Positions 40,597-51,623 of a stretch of DNA of 64,000 nt are shown piece after piece (within the stretch, counting starts at the first letter, position 1; the number at the start of each line of letters is the position of its first letter). The DNA lies in contig CM000432.1 in the NCBI GenBank assembly GCA_000165345.1, positions 800,001 to 864,000 of the forward strand. Reading direction: 5' to 3'. The notes under the pieces are model-generated. The model ran no database searches, had not been told where the DNA came from, and saw only the letters and a list, made by a program, of their open reading frames with translations. The translations under genes were made by a program, and so were the position numbers.

Positions 40597-43500
40597 TTAA
40601 AGATTATATATATATGTATTATTTGTTAAATTAATTATACTATGCTTTCTATTGCTCCAAAAAGATTCAAATTCTATGAATTCTTGAATTTGTTGATTAA
40701 AGGAAATAGATTGATAAATTGAATCAAAATTTTCTTTTTGTTTGGTTTTAATCAAGTCTTGAATTATTCTTTCTTCATCAATCATGAATTTAACTTTAAT
40801 TGTTGGGACTTGAATTTCAAGATTATGGCTATGCTTTTTGGAAGTAATTTGTATTGTCTCAGATTTTGATCTAAGTTTTGAATTATATTGGCTATATTCA
40901 CTTTCAGATCTTCTTTTTCTTTTCTGTTCTCTCTTTTCCAAGAAAGATTGCTTTGGATTTGGTGAATTTTGACTTCTTTTTTTGACCTTCTTATTATTTT
41001 GGAATTCTTGTTTTTCCTTGCTGTTTTGTGATCTTGATCTTGATCTTGGCTTTGATCTTGACTTTGATCCTGATTTTGACCTTTTCTTTTCTTTTCTTGA
41101 AGATGTAATAGATGATTCTCTATAACTTGGAGAGAAATCTTGTTTCTTTGAATGACTCATTTCTGAACTTTGATCTGGATTTTGTGACTTTGATCTTTCT
41201 GTGGCATTTTTATTGGAATTTGGTTCTAAAGTAATTCCATTGGTTGTATTGTTTGTTGAATACTGTGTTTGATTTGAAATTGGAGTTAAAGAAGAATTTT
41301 GAGCTGGATATGGAAAAGGAACTGGAGAGTATGGAAAAGGAGTTAAATGGTATGGGTAAGGATATAGATATGGATATGGAGTTGGAGTTGGATAAGCAAA
41401 AGAGGTTGGAATTGGATATGGAGGTGCCAGATAAGTCAACGCAGTTGGAGCTAAGGTTGGACCTGGAACTGGATGAGGAACTGGAGTTGGATATGTAGCT
41501 AAGCTTGGATTTGGGGCCGGAACTGGAGCTGGACCTGGGGTTGGAGCAGAAGCTGGAACTGAAGTTGAAGAAACCATTGTTTGTGAAAGACTCGGATCCC
41601 TTGAAGGTTCTACTTGAGATATATATGAACCAGGAGCCGAAGCTGAAGCTGGAACTGAAGCTGGAACCGAAGCTGGAACCGAAGCTGGAACCGAAGTTGA
41701 AAAAACCACTGCCTGTGAAAGACTCGGATCCCTTGAAGGTTCTACTTGAGATATATATAAACCAGGAGCTGAGTTTGGAACCGAAGCTGGAATTGAAGTT
41801 GGGGAAGCCACTATTTGTGAAAGACTCGGATCTCTTGAAGGTTCTACTTGAGATATATATGAACCAGGAGCCGAAGCTGAAGCTGGAGCCGAGGCTGGAA
41901 CTGAAGTTGGGGAAACTACTTTCTGTGAAAGACTCGGATCCTTTGAAGGTTCTACATGAGTTATAACTGGAGAAGCTGCTTTCTGAGAAAGACTCGAATC
42001 AACAAATGTATTATCTACTGAAGTCAAATGAGATCCTCCAAAAGGTCTTGGAAGACGCTTTAAAGATTTTTTACTATCTTTTGAGTCTGGATTTGAAACA
42101 TCAAATTTATTATTTGTAATAGGCTTTGATGGTTCTAAAATAAAAGTAGAAGAAGATATCTGAGAATTTAATTTTGAAAAACTATTAGAATGAGAATCTT
42201 TAGAATTTGGAGAATTTTGAGATCCTAAAGAGAATAATTCTTGAGGTGAATTTTGAGAATTAGCAATACCCAATGATGATGATTTTGAAGAAGAAAAATT
42301 ACTTTGATTTATACCTGAATCTTTCAAAGAAGTTAATCCATAAGATAAATCATTTTCATTGTTATAATAATGATCCTCACCATCAATATCTGAATCAAAA
42401 ATTGGTGAAATATCCTCCGCTGGTAGGGATATAACTTCTTTTTTTAAACCATTATCTCTCTCAATTTTATCTTTAGTAGAAAAAGAATTACCATTACAAT
42501 AAATATTATACTTTTCAAGATCCATCTTATCATAAAATGGTAAATTAATTTGAAATCTTGTATTACTGCTACTCACTGTATCCTCATACCAAAATCCTCT
42601 ATTTTTTAAAATTACTAAAGAATTAAATTCTATTTCATTTTCTGAAGGAAAAATCTCCAAATCACAATTTGGACATTTAAATATATCATTACAATTTAAA
42701 CAATCTTCTTGTGAATCTACAGATGATTTTCCAGCATTCCTAACTGCTTCCATTTTCAAATCATTGTTAATCTTATCTCTAAGAATTACCATCTGTCTAG
42801 CATCCATATCCATTCTTTCATCTTGTTCTTTATTTATTGTATTCATTAATGATCTTCTAAATATAAACTCTTGTCTTAATAATTCCATCTTATTTTGATC
42901 TATATCAATCTTCTTCTTTCTATGTGATCCTAAATTATCTATTATTGACTTTTCTCTATATTCTTCTCTTATAAATATATAATGTAAACTACTTATTATA
43001 CCAGAATATGAAAATATACCTATATGTTGCATATTCTCACCTATTCTAATTGGTGAATAATATCCTTTTCCTTCATATATATACCAAACCCCTTTAAATA
43101 AAAGAATACTTATTGTATTATTTTCCAACAAATCTTTATCCAAATCCTTTATTAACTCTTTTGGAAGTTTTTTTCCATATTTAAAACCTGACCACATATT
43201 TATATCAACATATTTATATATACAATAATTTATTGAATTATCAATTACTTCGCCAACTAAAACTGGAAATAAACCACTAAATGGACGCATTTTACTAACT
43301 TCTTTAATAAACTTTATTTCTTCCTTCTTTCTTAATTCTACTCTTATTCTTCTATATAATCCTATACTTTGTAACTTTGCATCATTATTAAATTTTTCTA
43401 TTACATCTTTTTTTGCCTTTTCTATACATTCAAGATGATCCACAACAAATAACATTAAACTATCAGTAAATATGTTTCTTTGTTCTGAATATGGAAAAAC

Positions 43501-43608
43501 TGAATTACTAGTATTTATTGATTTTATCCCATTTATATTATTTATTACTATATAAGAGAATATAATCCATTTTAACAAAAAATTTATTAACATTAATTTC
43601 ATCATCAA
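40597..43608 (-). CDS. Secreted mucin-like Ser/Pro/Thr-rich protein (1003 aa). It contains four tandem 36-44-aa repeats, a Pro/Tyr-rich PYPYLYPYPY tract and a basic RS-like C-terminal region.
   Basis: ATG at 43608. Signal peptide MMMKLMLINFLLKWIIFSYIV. The repeats read PSLSQKVVSPTSVPASAPASASAPGSYISQVEPSRD x4. They are encoded by ~105-140-bp tandem DNA repeats at ~41570-42000. Confidence 0.85.
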   Translation of the reverse strand: MMMKLMLINFLLKWIIFSYIVINNINGIKSINTSNSVFPYSEQRNIFTDSLMLFVVDHLECIEKAKKDVIEKFNNDAKLQSIGLYRRIRVELRKKEEIKFIKEVSKMRPFSGLFPVLVGEVIDNSINYCIYKYVDINMWSGFKYGKKLPKELIKDLDKDLLENNTISILLFKGVWYIYEGKGYYSPIRIGENMQHIGIFSYSGIISSLHYIFIREEYREKSIIDNLGSHRKKKIDIDQNKMELLRQEFIFRRSLMNTINKEQDERMDMDARQMVILRDKINNDLKMEAVRNAGKSSVDSQEDCLNCNDIFKCPNCDLEIFPSENEIEFNSLVILKNRGFWYEDTVSSSNTRFQINLPFYDKMDLEKYNIYCNGNSFSTKDKIERDNGLKKEVISLPAEDISPIFDSDIDGEDHYYNNENDLSYGLTSLKDSGINQSNFSSSKSSSLGIANSQNSPQELFSLGSQNSPNSKDSHSNSFSKLNSQISSSTFILEPSKPITNNKFDVSNPDSKDSKKSLKRLPRPFGGSHLTSVDNTFVDSSLSQKAASPVITHVEPSKDPSLSQKVVSPTSVPASAPASASAPGSYISQVEPSRDPSLSQIVASPTSIPASVPNSAPGLYISQVEPSRDPSLSQAVVFSTSVPASVPASVPASVPASASAPGSYISQVEPSRDPSLSQTMVSSTSVPASAPTPGPAPVPAPNPSLATYPTPVPHPVPGPTLAPTALTYLAPPYPIPTSFAYPTPTPYPYLYPYPYHLTPFPYSPVPFPYPAQNSSLTPISNQTQYSTNNTTNGITLEPNSNKNATERSKSQNPDQSSEMSHSKKQDFSPSYRESSITSSRKEKKRSKSGSKSRSKPRSRSRSQNSKEKQEFQNNKKVKKRSQNSPNPKQSFLEKREQKRKRRSESEYSQYNSKLRSKSETIQITSKKHSHNLEIQVPTIKVKFMIDEERIIQDLIKTKQKENFDSIYQSISFNQQIQEFIEFESFWSNRKHSIINLTNNTYIYNL
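41570..42000. repeat. Tandem ~105-140-bp coding repeats (4 copies) with nested 12-bp GAAGCTGGAACC sub-repeats
   Basis: Near-identical DNA blocks are visible directly. They generate the spurious + strand ORFs 41244-41498 and 41505-41966. Confidence 0.85.
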
Positions 43609-43889
43609 TATTTTATTAACTATAAAATGCTCATCTTTAATATATATATATCACGCTTGTTATTATTTTATTATTAATATACTAAATCAAATTTTAAAAT
43701 TTTTTTAATAAAAAAAAAAAAGTAAAATAATAACTTCCTTCAAACTCTTTTCTTATCTCCTTTCTATTATTTGAAAAAAATCACACCGATTTGTTGTTAT
43801 CTTTCTTTTTTTTCTTTATCTTCTTCTATTGCAATTTTTATTTATATTAAGATCTTTTTTTTATATAAATACTATACTAATCACAAAAT

Positions 43890-43952
43890 TACCGCCAAAC
43901 TCCGGTATGTAAAAAAAATTTACTATGGTATCGGAATGCATGCATGTGCATG
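43890..43952. promoter_or_regulatory. E2F-like TACCGCCAAACT plus AATGCATGCATGTGCATG, ~290-340 nt upstream of the 1003-aa gene ATG
   Basis: Sequence motifs on the promoter side of the minus-strand gene. Confidence 0.45.
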
Positions 43953-44413
43953 AAGAATAAAAATTAATATTCCATTCAAAATTAATAGATATTCCCAAAA
44001 GGTCTAAATATAGAATTCTTCTATTTCCCTCTCTATTTCACCACCACCCCCACTCCCTTCCTCTCCTCTCTTCCCCCATATATTTCTATTTAAATTTTCC
44101 TTGCTTTAAACAACTTTTTTTCCCAAAAAAGAAAAATATTTGGAAAATAATTTTAAAATATTCTCTACAAATCCCACTTTGTTTTTAAAATATGTTTTTT
44201 AAAATATCAAGAAGAGGGAAAAGAAAAAATGTATTAAAAAAAAAAAAAAAGTCGTCTCCTACACTCCTATCTACTTTCTAGACTTTAATATAAACTGTTA
44301 CATATAATACTTAAAAAACCTAAAAATAATCAAATAATTTGTCTAAAAACTCAATTTCTCGAAAACCTAATTTCTTTAAAGTCATAACTTCTTCAAAACT
44401 CAGAAATGCATGT

Positions 44414-44460
44414 AATGGCGGGAGAATTCCTTTCTAAGATTATATTTATATTTGCATGCA
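44414..44460. promoter_or_regulatory. Second motif cluster (AATGGCGGGAGAA ... TTTGCATGCATCCC) ~800 nt upstream of the 1003-aa gene, inside a 2.2-kb ORF-free region
   Basis: E2F-like and TGCATGCA boxes. Confidence 0.35.
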
Positions 44461-45839
44461 TCCCATCCACACAATATTTATAATCAAAATGGAAAACACA
44501 AAAAAAGACAATAATCTAAATAATAATTAAGGTGCTATTTTTTTTAATGATTCCTCTCATTAATCACTGAGCTCCTATTCTTATTAACTCATAACTGAGT
44601 ATAAAAGCATCATAGTTTCTAATACCCAGAAAATAAACACTTGGTATAAAAAGGCCAACGAGTGAAATAATACCTGTTTCCCCAAAAGTAATTTCTCTTA
44701 TATTGTCTCTCTCCTCTCCCCCTTTGTAAGCCAGCTGCTTACTTTTTTTTTCAAGAATAAAGAGGAAAAACTTGAGTCATCATTGAATAGTGATGGAATA
44801 TAATAGTGGCATAAATACATATATAACATTTGAAATAATTTACTTTTCACTCTTTTTTCTACCTCTCTGGCAAAAAAAAAGAAAGTTTTAAAAACTCTTG
44901 TAGGAATACCATTAATTATTTCTAAATGGTAAGAAAAATCAAGAATTTAATAACTTCTGGTATTTTATATATATACATATCCCCACCATCTACAATATAT
45001 TGTATAGAATTTGAAATCCTATAATTACAATATACCATCCACCAATATATCAAACCTCTTTTTATTTATCTCTCTTCATATTTTGAGATTTTGTTTATTA
45101 TTCTTTCTTTAACTCTTCTCTAAAATATAATAATCATTATCAACTAGTAACTCAACCTCATAGCATAAACCATTCATTAGATTGATGAACATTTATAATG
45201 GAAAACCCCAATATTCCAACAAATCCAAAATATTATATATTAATGAGGACTGAAAGATTACAAGAAAATGATAAGTATAATTTCCGTTAATGGAGTTTAG
45301 TATTATCTAGAACACCATAAAATCGACGAAAAGTCAAAGAAACCAAACAAACTATTTCCCATCAATAAGCCTTTCCTCACTCTTAGGACCTTGAGTATTT
45401 TTTACTTGTTTAAATAATTAGTGTTTATTGGAAACTAAAGAAACTTTGAAGGAATACTTGGCCTTAACTTTAATGATGAATACACCCCTTAAGGTGGCTC
45501 AAGCTGTTCTGTATTAAGATATAGGTTGGGTATAATCAATCATCTTATGTGATGACAAAACCGTAATAATACTAATAAAAACTCGAATGATCAAACGGAT
45601 TTGCTGATTTTTTTTTGTACTGTGTACTCTTGTTACCATTAGTTTAAGTATAATCTTAAAGAAATCAAATAATCACAATGTTACACACTATTCTTTCCCT
45701 CTCTTTCTCTCCCTTTCAATCTCTTTCAATCTAACTAATCTCATAAATTCTGGTGAAAATTAAACCAGTATAAATAAAGAGTAATAAAAAAATGTATAAA
45801 TTGTTATCATATTTGATCTAAACTTGCTTTACTTCTTTC

Positions 45840-48800
45840 TTAATTGGAAGAAGGAAAACCTGACTCCTCACAAGCCTTGAGAATTGCACTACTTTGATTA
45901 GTAGTAAATGGATGACCATCATGAGAGGCTTGTTGTTCAAATGCTGATGAGCACTCATAAGCAAAGAAGGATGAGAATGTTTCATTCTTCTGTAAAGAAG
46001 CCTTCATAGATTCAAATACATGGCAAACTAAATGGAATGGAATAGATGAGGATGGAATAGTTCCAACAGTCTGAAGTTTGTGAAGAATTGAATATAATTT
46101 ATTAGCTCTTTCTTCCTCAAGTGGAGAAAATGCATAAGGAGAAGAGGTTCTGTAGCTCATCAAAGAAGAACATCCTTCTACCTTTCCATCAATACCTATA
46201 GCAACACAAACTTTCTCTACTCTGCTCTGTGAAACTGTGTAACCAAGTCTAAGTAATGTTGGATAGAGAACTCTAGCACATTCCTTTGCTGTCTTTGTTT
46301 CTTGAATTGATGATGAAATATCACATGCATTTCTTCTATCCATTGTACTGACAGAACTTCTTGGAAGAATCTTTGTTGACTTCATATAAAGTCTGAAGGC
46401 AATTTGGTTACCTCTAACAGTCATTGAAGAATATCCCATTCTAGTACAAAATACATCTCTGTTTTGAGGTTTAATTGAACTGGAAACCTCAGTCTTTTGA
46501 CCTCTAGAAGATCTTACTGGCTTTCTTGCTGCACTTCCTGGTACAACATATCCTTCAGGATATAAACCCGGAGTCTTTTGTCTAACTAATGCTTTCTCAA
46601 CATAATTCAAAGCTTTTTCTCCAACCTTTGAACCTACAACTGGACCAGAAGTTATTGGAACTCCTCTTTCATCTCTTCTTACATTAGAATAGTTAATTCT
46701 TGATTTTGGAATTGCTGGTCTTCTGAAATATGGAATAGCTGGAAGAACAAGCTTCTTTGGCTTCTGATAACCTGGAGCTGGTTTTGTAAGAACCTCTGGC
46801 TCAACAATTGATGAAGGAGATGATACAGAATTGAATTCAGAGATAGAATTGTCTTTCTGTGATGTAACACCCTTCTTTGAACTAGTATCAGAAAACATCT
46901 TTTCAATAGTAGACTGTTTCTCAGCAATTTCAGAAATCATACTATTGATCTTAATACCATCAGCTGAAGTCTCTGATCTTTTTGAGTAAATCAAGTAATT
47001 CTTGAGGAGTAACCTTTGTCTACTGTAAACTTCCATAATCTGATCAAAGTATCTTAAAGCAAAATCTGCCAATTGAACTTGGTTATGAGTAGATGAAATC
47101 TTGACCAAAAGCTTATAAAGAACGCTAAGTCTAGGCTCAACATCGGCAAAGAACTTCTTCAAAGCTCTTCTCTCAGTCTTTTGGAGCCTTCTCTCCTTAA
47201 GAGCAGACAAGTACTTCTCAATTTGGCTTTGTACATGTTGAATTCTGACGAGAAGAGATGAAATCTTTGAAGTACTGCTTGGAAGAGGAGTTTTAGAAAG
47301 AGTTGATTGTGTGAGAATTGGAGAAAGGGATAATGATGGAGTAGCATTCATTGTCTGAGAATTTCCTGAGATGTTTCTATCCACAGATTTAAGTTTCTCA
47401 GTTAATTGACGTGAAGCATGGAGAAGCTTTTGAAGAATCTTCTTAAACTCTTCAATTTCAGACTTTGACTTGAATGAGATGTTTGGTTGCTGGAGCTTCT
47501 TATTAATCTTAGAAAGCTTGGAAGATACCTTATGAACCTTCTTTGTTAAAGATTCAAAATCATTCTTAATAGAAGAATCACTAATTGGAGATGAACTAAT
47601 GGTTTGAACTAATCTCTGACATTCCTTGTTAGAATTTGAAATATCCATGTATAAGGTCTTGAGTTCAGTAATGGATGAATCAAAAGCGGTTTTATCAGTT
47701 GATGATGGAGAGATTGAAATTGATGAAGATAATGAAATTGATGGTGAATCTGCGACTCCTGAAATAGATGCAGGAATTGAAGAAATAGCATCCTCAAGTT
47801 GTGAAGCTAATTCAGATCTTCTGCTCTCAGTATCCTTAAGAATCTCCTTTGTAAGAGATCTATCTTCTTGAGAGAGTGAGGGACTTCTTAAAATGCTTTC
47901 TAACTGAGCAATCTGTGAAGAGAGTGCATTTTGCTGACTTGAAACTCTATCAACAAATATACCTGCAACAGAAACTTCAATTGAAGCTTCAGCTGACATT
48001 TCTAAAGTTGTCTTAGGCTCTGGAACTGCAATTAGGATTCTTTGGATTTGTTGAATTGGAGAAGCAGCTATAATTTCTTGTTCTACAACCTTTTGTTTAT
48101 CATTAAGCTGCTTAATAACACCAACTATTTTGTGCATATCAGAAGCAGAAAGTGGATTCTCTAAAATCTTACTAATACTTTGTTGCTGTTCTTGAAGGAA
48201 TTTTTGAGTCTTTGATTGTTCATCAAGAACCTGTAAAGAAATCTGAAGTGCTGGAGAAAGATCTGAAACACTTTGTGGTGGTAAAGATGTATGTGGACTT
48301 GCTGAGACATCTTTTGGAAGAAGAACTTCAGTAGTTGTTCCTGTTAGAGTTAAACCATAGAATGAAATGGTTGTAGCCCCTGATAATAATGGAATTAAAT
48401 CAATTGGGAACAACTTTGATGAGAAGATAACAACATCTACTCCATGTGGCATTGCCTTATTGAATGCAGCCTGAGCTGAAGTACAAACGCTTTGTACTGC
48501 ATTATTGCTGAGACCATAAATGCTTTCTGGACCATAACTGGTGGAGAATATCTTAAGACATTGAGCATAGAATGATGAAGCTGAAGTAAGAGAATTGTAG
48601 TCAAATTCAGAAATCATCTGATCCAAATCATTAGAGCTTGAGAAAGGAGCAGAATCATAAGAATATGGAGCTGAGCCAAATACAGCAAGCTTTGCAGCAA
48701 ATAGCTTTAATTGATCTCTATTGGGAATGATTTCAGAGTATTCATTCAAGTAATATGAATATTTCTGACAGATTGAATCAATAAGAGATTCTTGGAAATC

Positions 48801-50576
48801 AGCAGATTTAAAGAGTTGAGAAACAACAGATTTGCATGTTGCAAGTGATGTTCCATCAACATGTTTAGCAATAGTGGCAAATTGTTCTTCAACATAGTAA
48901 TTGGTAAGTACTGAAACAGCTTCTTGATCGGCTTGGATTGAAAGTTTGAAGATTGCTCTTAAAGTAGATGGAGTAAATGTCTTGTAGAATCTAACCATTT
49001 CAGTATATGACTCTCTCCATACTTGTCTACAAACCTTAATGGCATCAGATGAGTTATAAGAAGAACCATTTCTTAGATTCAAATGTTTAAACAATAAATC
49101 TACCTCAAAGATACAACTCATTGCAAAATTGATCAAATTGATCTTGGATGTAACACTTGAAGCATACTGATTGAGCTGAGCTTGATCAGTGAAATAGCTA
49201 GAGAGAGCAGATTTCATGAACTTGGTAATATCAAATTTCTGGAATTTGGAAGATGTAGGCATTGCTGTGGTTGTGATGGTAGTAGTGTCTGTTGCAATTG
49301 CACTAATTGATACATCTTTTGGTGTAATAGCAGAAAGTTCAGGAATAGACAAAGTTTCGGGTGTCTTAACTGGTTTTTCAACTGAAACATCTGGAGATGC
49401 TGGTGATTCCTCTGGAGCACCAGTGGACTCTTCTGCTTCCAAACCATGTGAAGCGTCATAACTATTTGGATTCATATCAATATCAGAGCGCCTTGATGCA
49501 AGAGATAAATCATCCTGGATATAACTCTGCTTAACCTCAACTTCTGGCTCTTTAAGAATTTCCAATGGTTCAACTGGAACACTAGAATCTTCATGAATAT
49601 CCAACTGAGATTCAAGAAGCTTAATCTTCTCATCAGTACGTTTAATTCTCTCCTCAATGTTAAGTTGTTGTTTCTTTGCCTTAAATACAAGGTCAATAGC
49701 ACTGTCTCTCTTTCTCTTCTCAGACATGAAGTGCCCATAAGCCTCTTGATATCTTAATTTAAGTCTTGCAATTTCATCCTCTTGAGCAACAATTGAGACA
49801 TTTGGAACAGTTCCAGACTTTTGCATATTTAGTAATTGCTCTTCATGTTGAGCAATAGCATCCTTAATTTGGTTAACTGACAAAATTAAAGACTTAATGT
49901 TATCGTCAATGGATTTACGATACTTCTCAGCATCAGAAACAACTTTGAGTACTTCAGAAAGTACCTTCTTTTCATTAGCAACTTTTTCTTTATATGAATA
50001 ATAAAGTTCACTATCTTTAGAAACATCTTTTCCGATTTCATATTCGTCAAAGCTTACTTCTGGTTCAACAGTGTACTGTAACTGTTTAATATCTCTAAGC
50101 TTAGCTTTTTCAGAATCAATTGGCATAGTGTAAATGTATGGCTCTTCCTTAATTTTCTCAAATTGAACAAATTCCAAATCATCAGTACTTGTTTGTTTAT
50201 CAAATGGAGAAATAACACCTTCTCTCTCTGAAACTTCTTCAATTTCACCTTGGAATTTTGGTGCTTTTGGAATAACCACTTTATGAGTTTCAGTGCTTGT
50301 TCCTTGATCAGCTTGAGAATATTCCTTTGGTGCTGGAAAGTCTCCACTTGGATCCATCAAAGCAATAGAAATATCTGGAGATTGCTCATTTTCTCCCTCA
50401 CTAGAATCTGCCTCCTCAGTCATACTACTTTCTTGATTACCAGAACCTGTTTGTGTGGATTGATCTACAGCCTTTTTTGGGCTTGATCCCAAAGTTTGAT
50501 TAATAGTCAAGAATAAGAGTACTAAAAAGATACAAAGCCATGCCAACTTGGCTCTGCTAGCAAAAATTGCCTTCAT
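45840..50576 (-). CDS. Large secreted protein (1578 aa) with coiled-coil segments, S/T-rich stretches and a Cys-containing C-terminal region
   Basis: 4737-nt ORF with ATG at 50576. Signal peptide MKAIFASRAKLAWLCIFLVLLFLTINQTLG. Confidence 0.85.
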   Translation of the reverse strand: MKAIFASRAKLAWLCIFLVLLFLTINQTLGSSPKKAVDQSTQTGSGNQESSMTEEADSSEGENEQSPDISIALMDPSGDFPAPKEYSQADQGTSTETHKVVIPKAPKFQGEIEEVSEREGVISPFDKQTSTDDLEFVQFEKIKEEPYIYTMPIDSEKAKLRDIKQLQYTVEPEVSFDEYEIGKDVSKDSELYYSYKEKVANEKKVLSEVLKVVSDAEKYRKSIDDNIKSLILSVNQIKDAIAQHEEQLLNMQKSGTVPNVSIVAQEDEIARLKLRYQEAYGHFMSEKRKRDSAIDLVFKAKKQQLNIEERIKRTDEKIKLLESQLDIHEDSSVPVEPLEILKEPEVEVKQSYIQDDLSLASRRSDIDMNPNSYDASHGLEAEESTGAPEESPASPDVSVEKPVKTPETLSIPELSAITPKDVSISAIATDTTTITTTAMPTSSKFQKFDITKFMKSALSSYFTDQAQLNQYASSVTSKINLINFAMSCIFEVDLLFKHLNLRNGSSYNSSDAIKVCRQVWRESYTEMVRFYKTFTPSTLRAIFKLSIQADQEAVSVLTNYYVEEQFATIAKHVDGTSLATCKSVVSQLFKSADFQESLIDSICQKYSYYLNEYSEIIPNRDQLKLFAAKLAVFGSAPYSYDSAPFSSSNDLDQMISEFDYNSLTSASSFYAQCLKIFSTSYGPESIYGLSNNAVQSVCTSAQAAFNKAMPHGVDVVIFSSKLFPIDLIPLLSGATTISFYGLTLTGTTTEVLLPKDVSASPHTSLPPQSVSDLSPALQISLQVLDEQSKTQKFLQEQQQSISKILENPLSASDMHKIVGVIKQLNDKQKVVEQEIIAASPIQQIQRILIAVPEPKTTLEMSAEASIEVSVAGIFVDRVSSQQNALSSQIAQLESILRSPSLSQEDRSLTKEILKDTESRRSELASQLEDAISSIPASISGVADSPSISLSSSISISPSSTDKTAFDSSITELKTLYMDISNSNKECQRLVQTISSSPISDSSIKNDFESLTKKVHKVSSKLSKINKKLQQPNISFKSKSEIEEFKKILQKLLHASRQLTEKLKSVDRNISGNSQTMNATPSLSLSPILTQSTLSKTPLPSSTSKISSLLVRIQHVQSQIEKYLSALKERRLQKTERRALKKFFADVEPRLSVLYKLLVKISSTHNQVQLADFALRYFDQIMEVYSRQRLLLKNYLIYSKRSETSADGIKINSMISEIAEKQSTIEKMFSDTSSKKGVTSQKDNSISEFNSVSSPSSIVEPEVLTKPAPGYQKPKKLVLPAIPYFRRPAIPKSRINYSNVRRDERGVPITSGPVVGSKVGEKALNYVEKALVRQKTPGLYPEGYVVPGSAARKPVRSSRGQKTEVSSSIKPQNRDVFCTRMGYSSMTVRGNQIAFRLYMKSTKILPRSSVSTMDRRNACDISSSIQETKTAKECARVLYPTLLRLGYTVSQSRVEKVCVAIGIDGKVEGCSSLMSYRTSSPYAFSPLEEERANKLYSILHKLQTVGTIPSSSIPFHLVCHVFESMKASLQKNETFSSFFAYECSSAFEQQASHDGHPFTTNQSSAILKACEESGFPSSN

Positions 50577-50840
50577 TCTTTGCTAATAATTTGTATTATA
50601 TATATTTACTATAAGATGATATATTCTTCGACTTGTCTTCCTATTAAATCCCCTATTTTCCCTAAATAGTTTCCTGGCAGAACCTATTATTCACTCTCTT
50701 AAACTCTACCTTCCTTTTCTTCCTAACAAACTGATTTTATAATTCCCTTGTAGAATTAATCACTCAATCTCCTTCACTGAATGAGTTCTCCCTCATTTCC
50801 TGATCTATTTCCTATACTGAATCTATTAATTCATTAGATC

Positions 50841-50879
50841 GCATGCCGCCTGAAGCATGCGCGCCAACCCCATGGGCGC
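50841..50879. promoter_or_regulatory. GC-island promoter element CATGCCGCCTGAAGCATGCGCGCCAACCCCATGGGCGCG
   Basis: It contains GCATGC x2 and E2F-like GCGCGCCAA. It lies ~270 nt upstream of the 1578-aa gene ATG (50576). A second element, TTGCCGCCATTTTTTGGCAA, lies at 51246-51265. Confidence 0.45.
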
Positions 50880-51623
50880 GTTATCTCGAAATTATTTAAA
50901 GATTTAATTCCGGTAAAGTATTTATAGTAGAAAAGTTTATTATTATTTTCCTTTCTTCCAGCAAATGTTTGTTAATAATTTGTTTGAATACTCTTTTCAG
51001 TTGTTGGAATTATTTCTAAAACAAAATAGAGGAAAAAAATGTAATTTGTGACTATTATACTATATTATTCAAAAAGAGTCCATTAATACTATTTCTATCT
51101 ATCTAACTTGCCTTCTCTAAAATTCTACATTTTAAATTATTTTCAATATTTACTCCTAATAGTGTTGATGTTATTAGTAATATTAATAATTGAAAAGGAG
51201 GTTAGTTTTTACTATTCTCTTGTAAATTAATAGTTAATTTGTGAGTTGCCGCCATTTTTTGGCAACTTTAATTTACATGCAATTTCCCCACATGGTTACT
51301 TTATCCAATAAATATCCAATAGACATAACAGAAATATACATATGGACAGTACATGTATGGATATTTGCCATATTATTGGTAACGCGTTTAGATCCAATTA
51401 ATTTCATATCTGGAATTGTTTGGCTAAATTTGTAGTTTTAATATTAACGAGGAGCAAAAAAAACTTTCAAGTTTACTTATAATTAAAAGAGTGGGTTAGA
51501 AGTTAATAGTAATTGTGAACATTGTTAAGTGGTTAACAGCACTTTTATCTAAATTGTTATACATATCGTTTTCTTAATAATTGTTTTTAATATAATTTTA
51601 AAGAAAAAAATAAAGAAATTAAA

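Noticed and set aside
41244-41966. Two + strand ORFs (84 and 153 aa) with striking LELKLEPKLEPKLEPKL repeats
   Set aside because: They lie antisense to the tandem repeat array inside the 1003-aa minus-strand gene. They are by-products of the repeat rather than independent genes.
45420-45610. GC-richer island that might be a small structured RNA
   Set aside because: I could not match any snRNA/SRP/RNase P landmark. It lies within the expected 3' UTR of the 1578-aa gene, which is enough to explain the composition shift.
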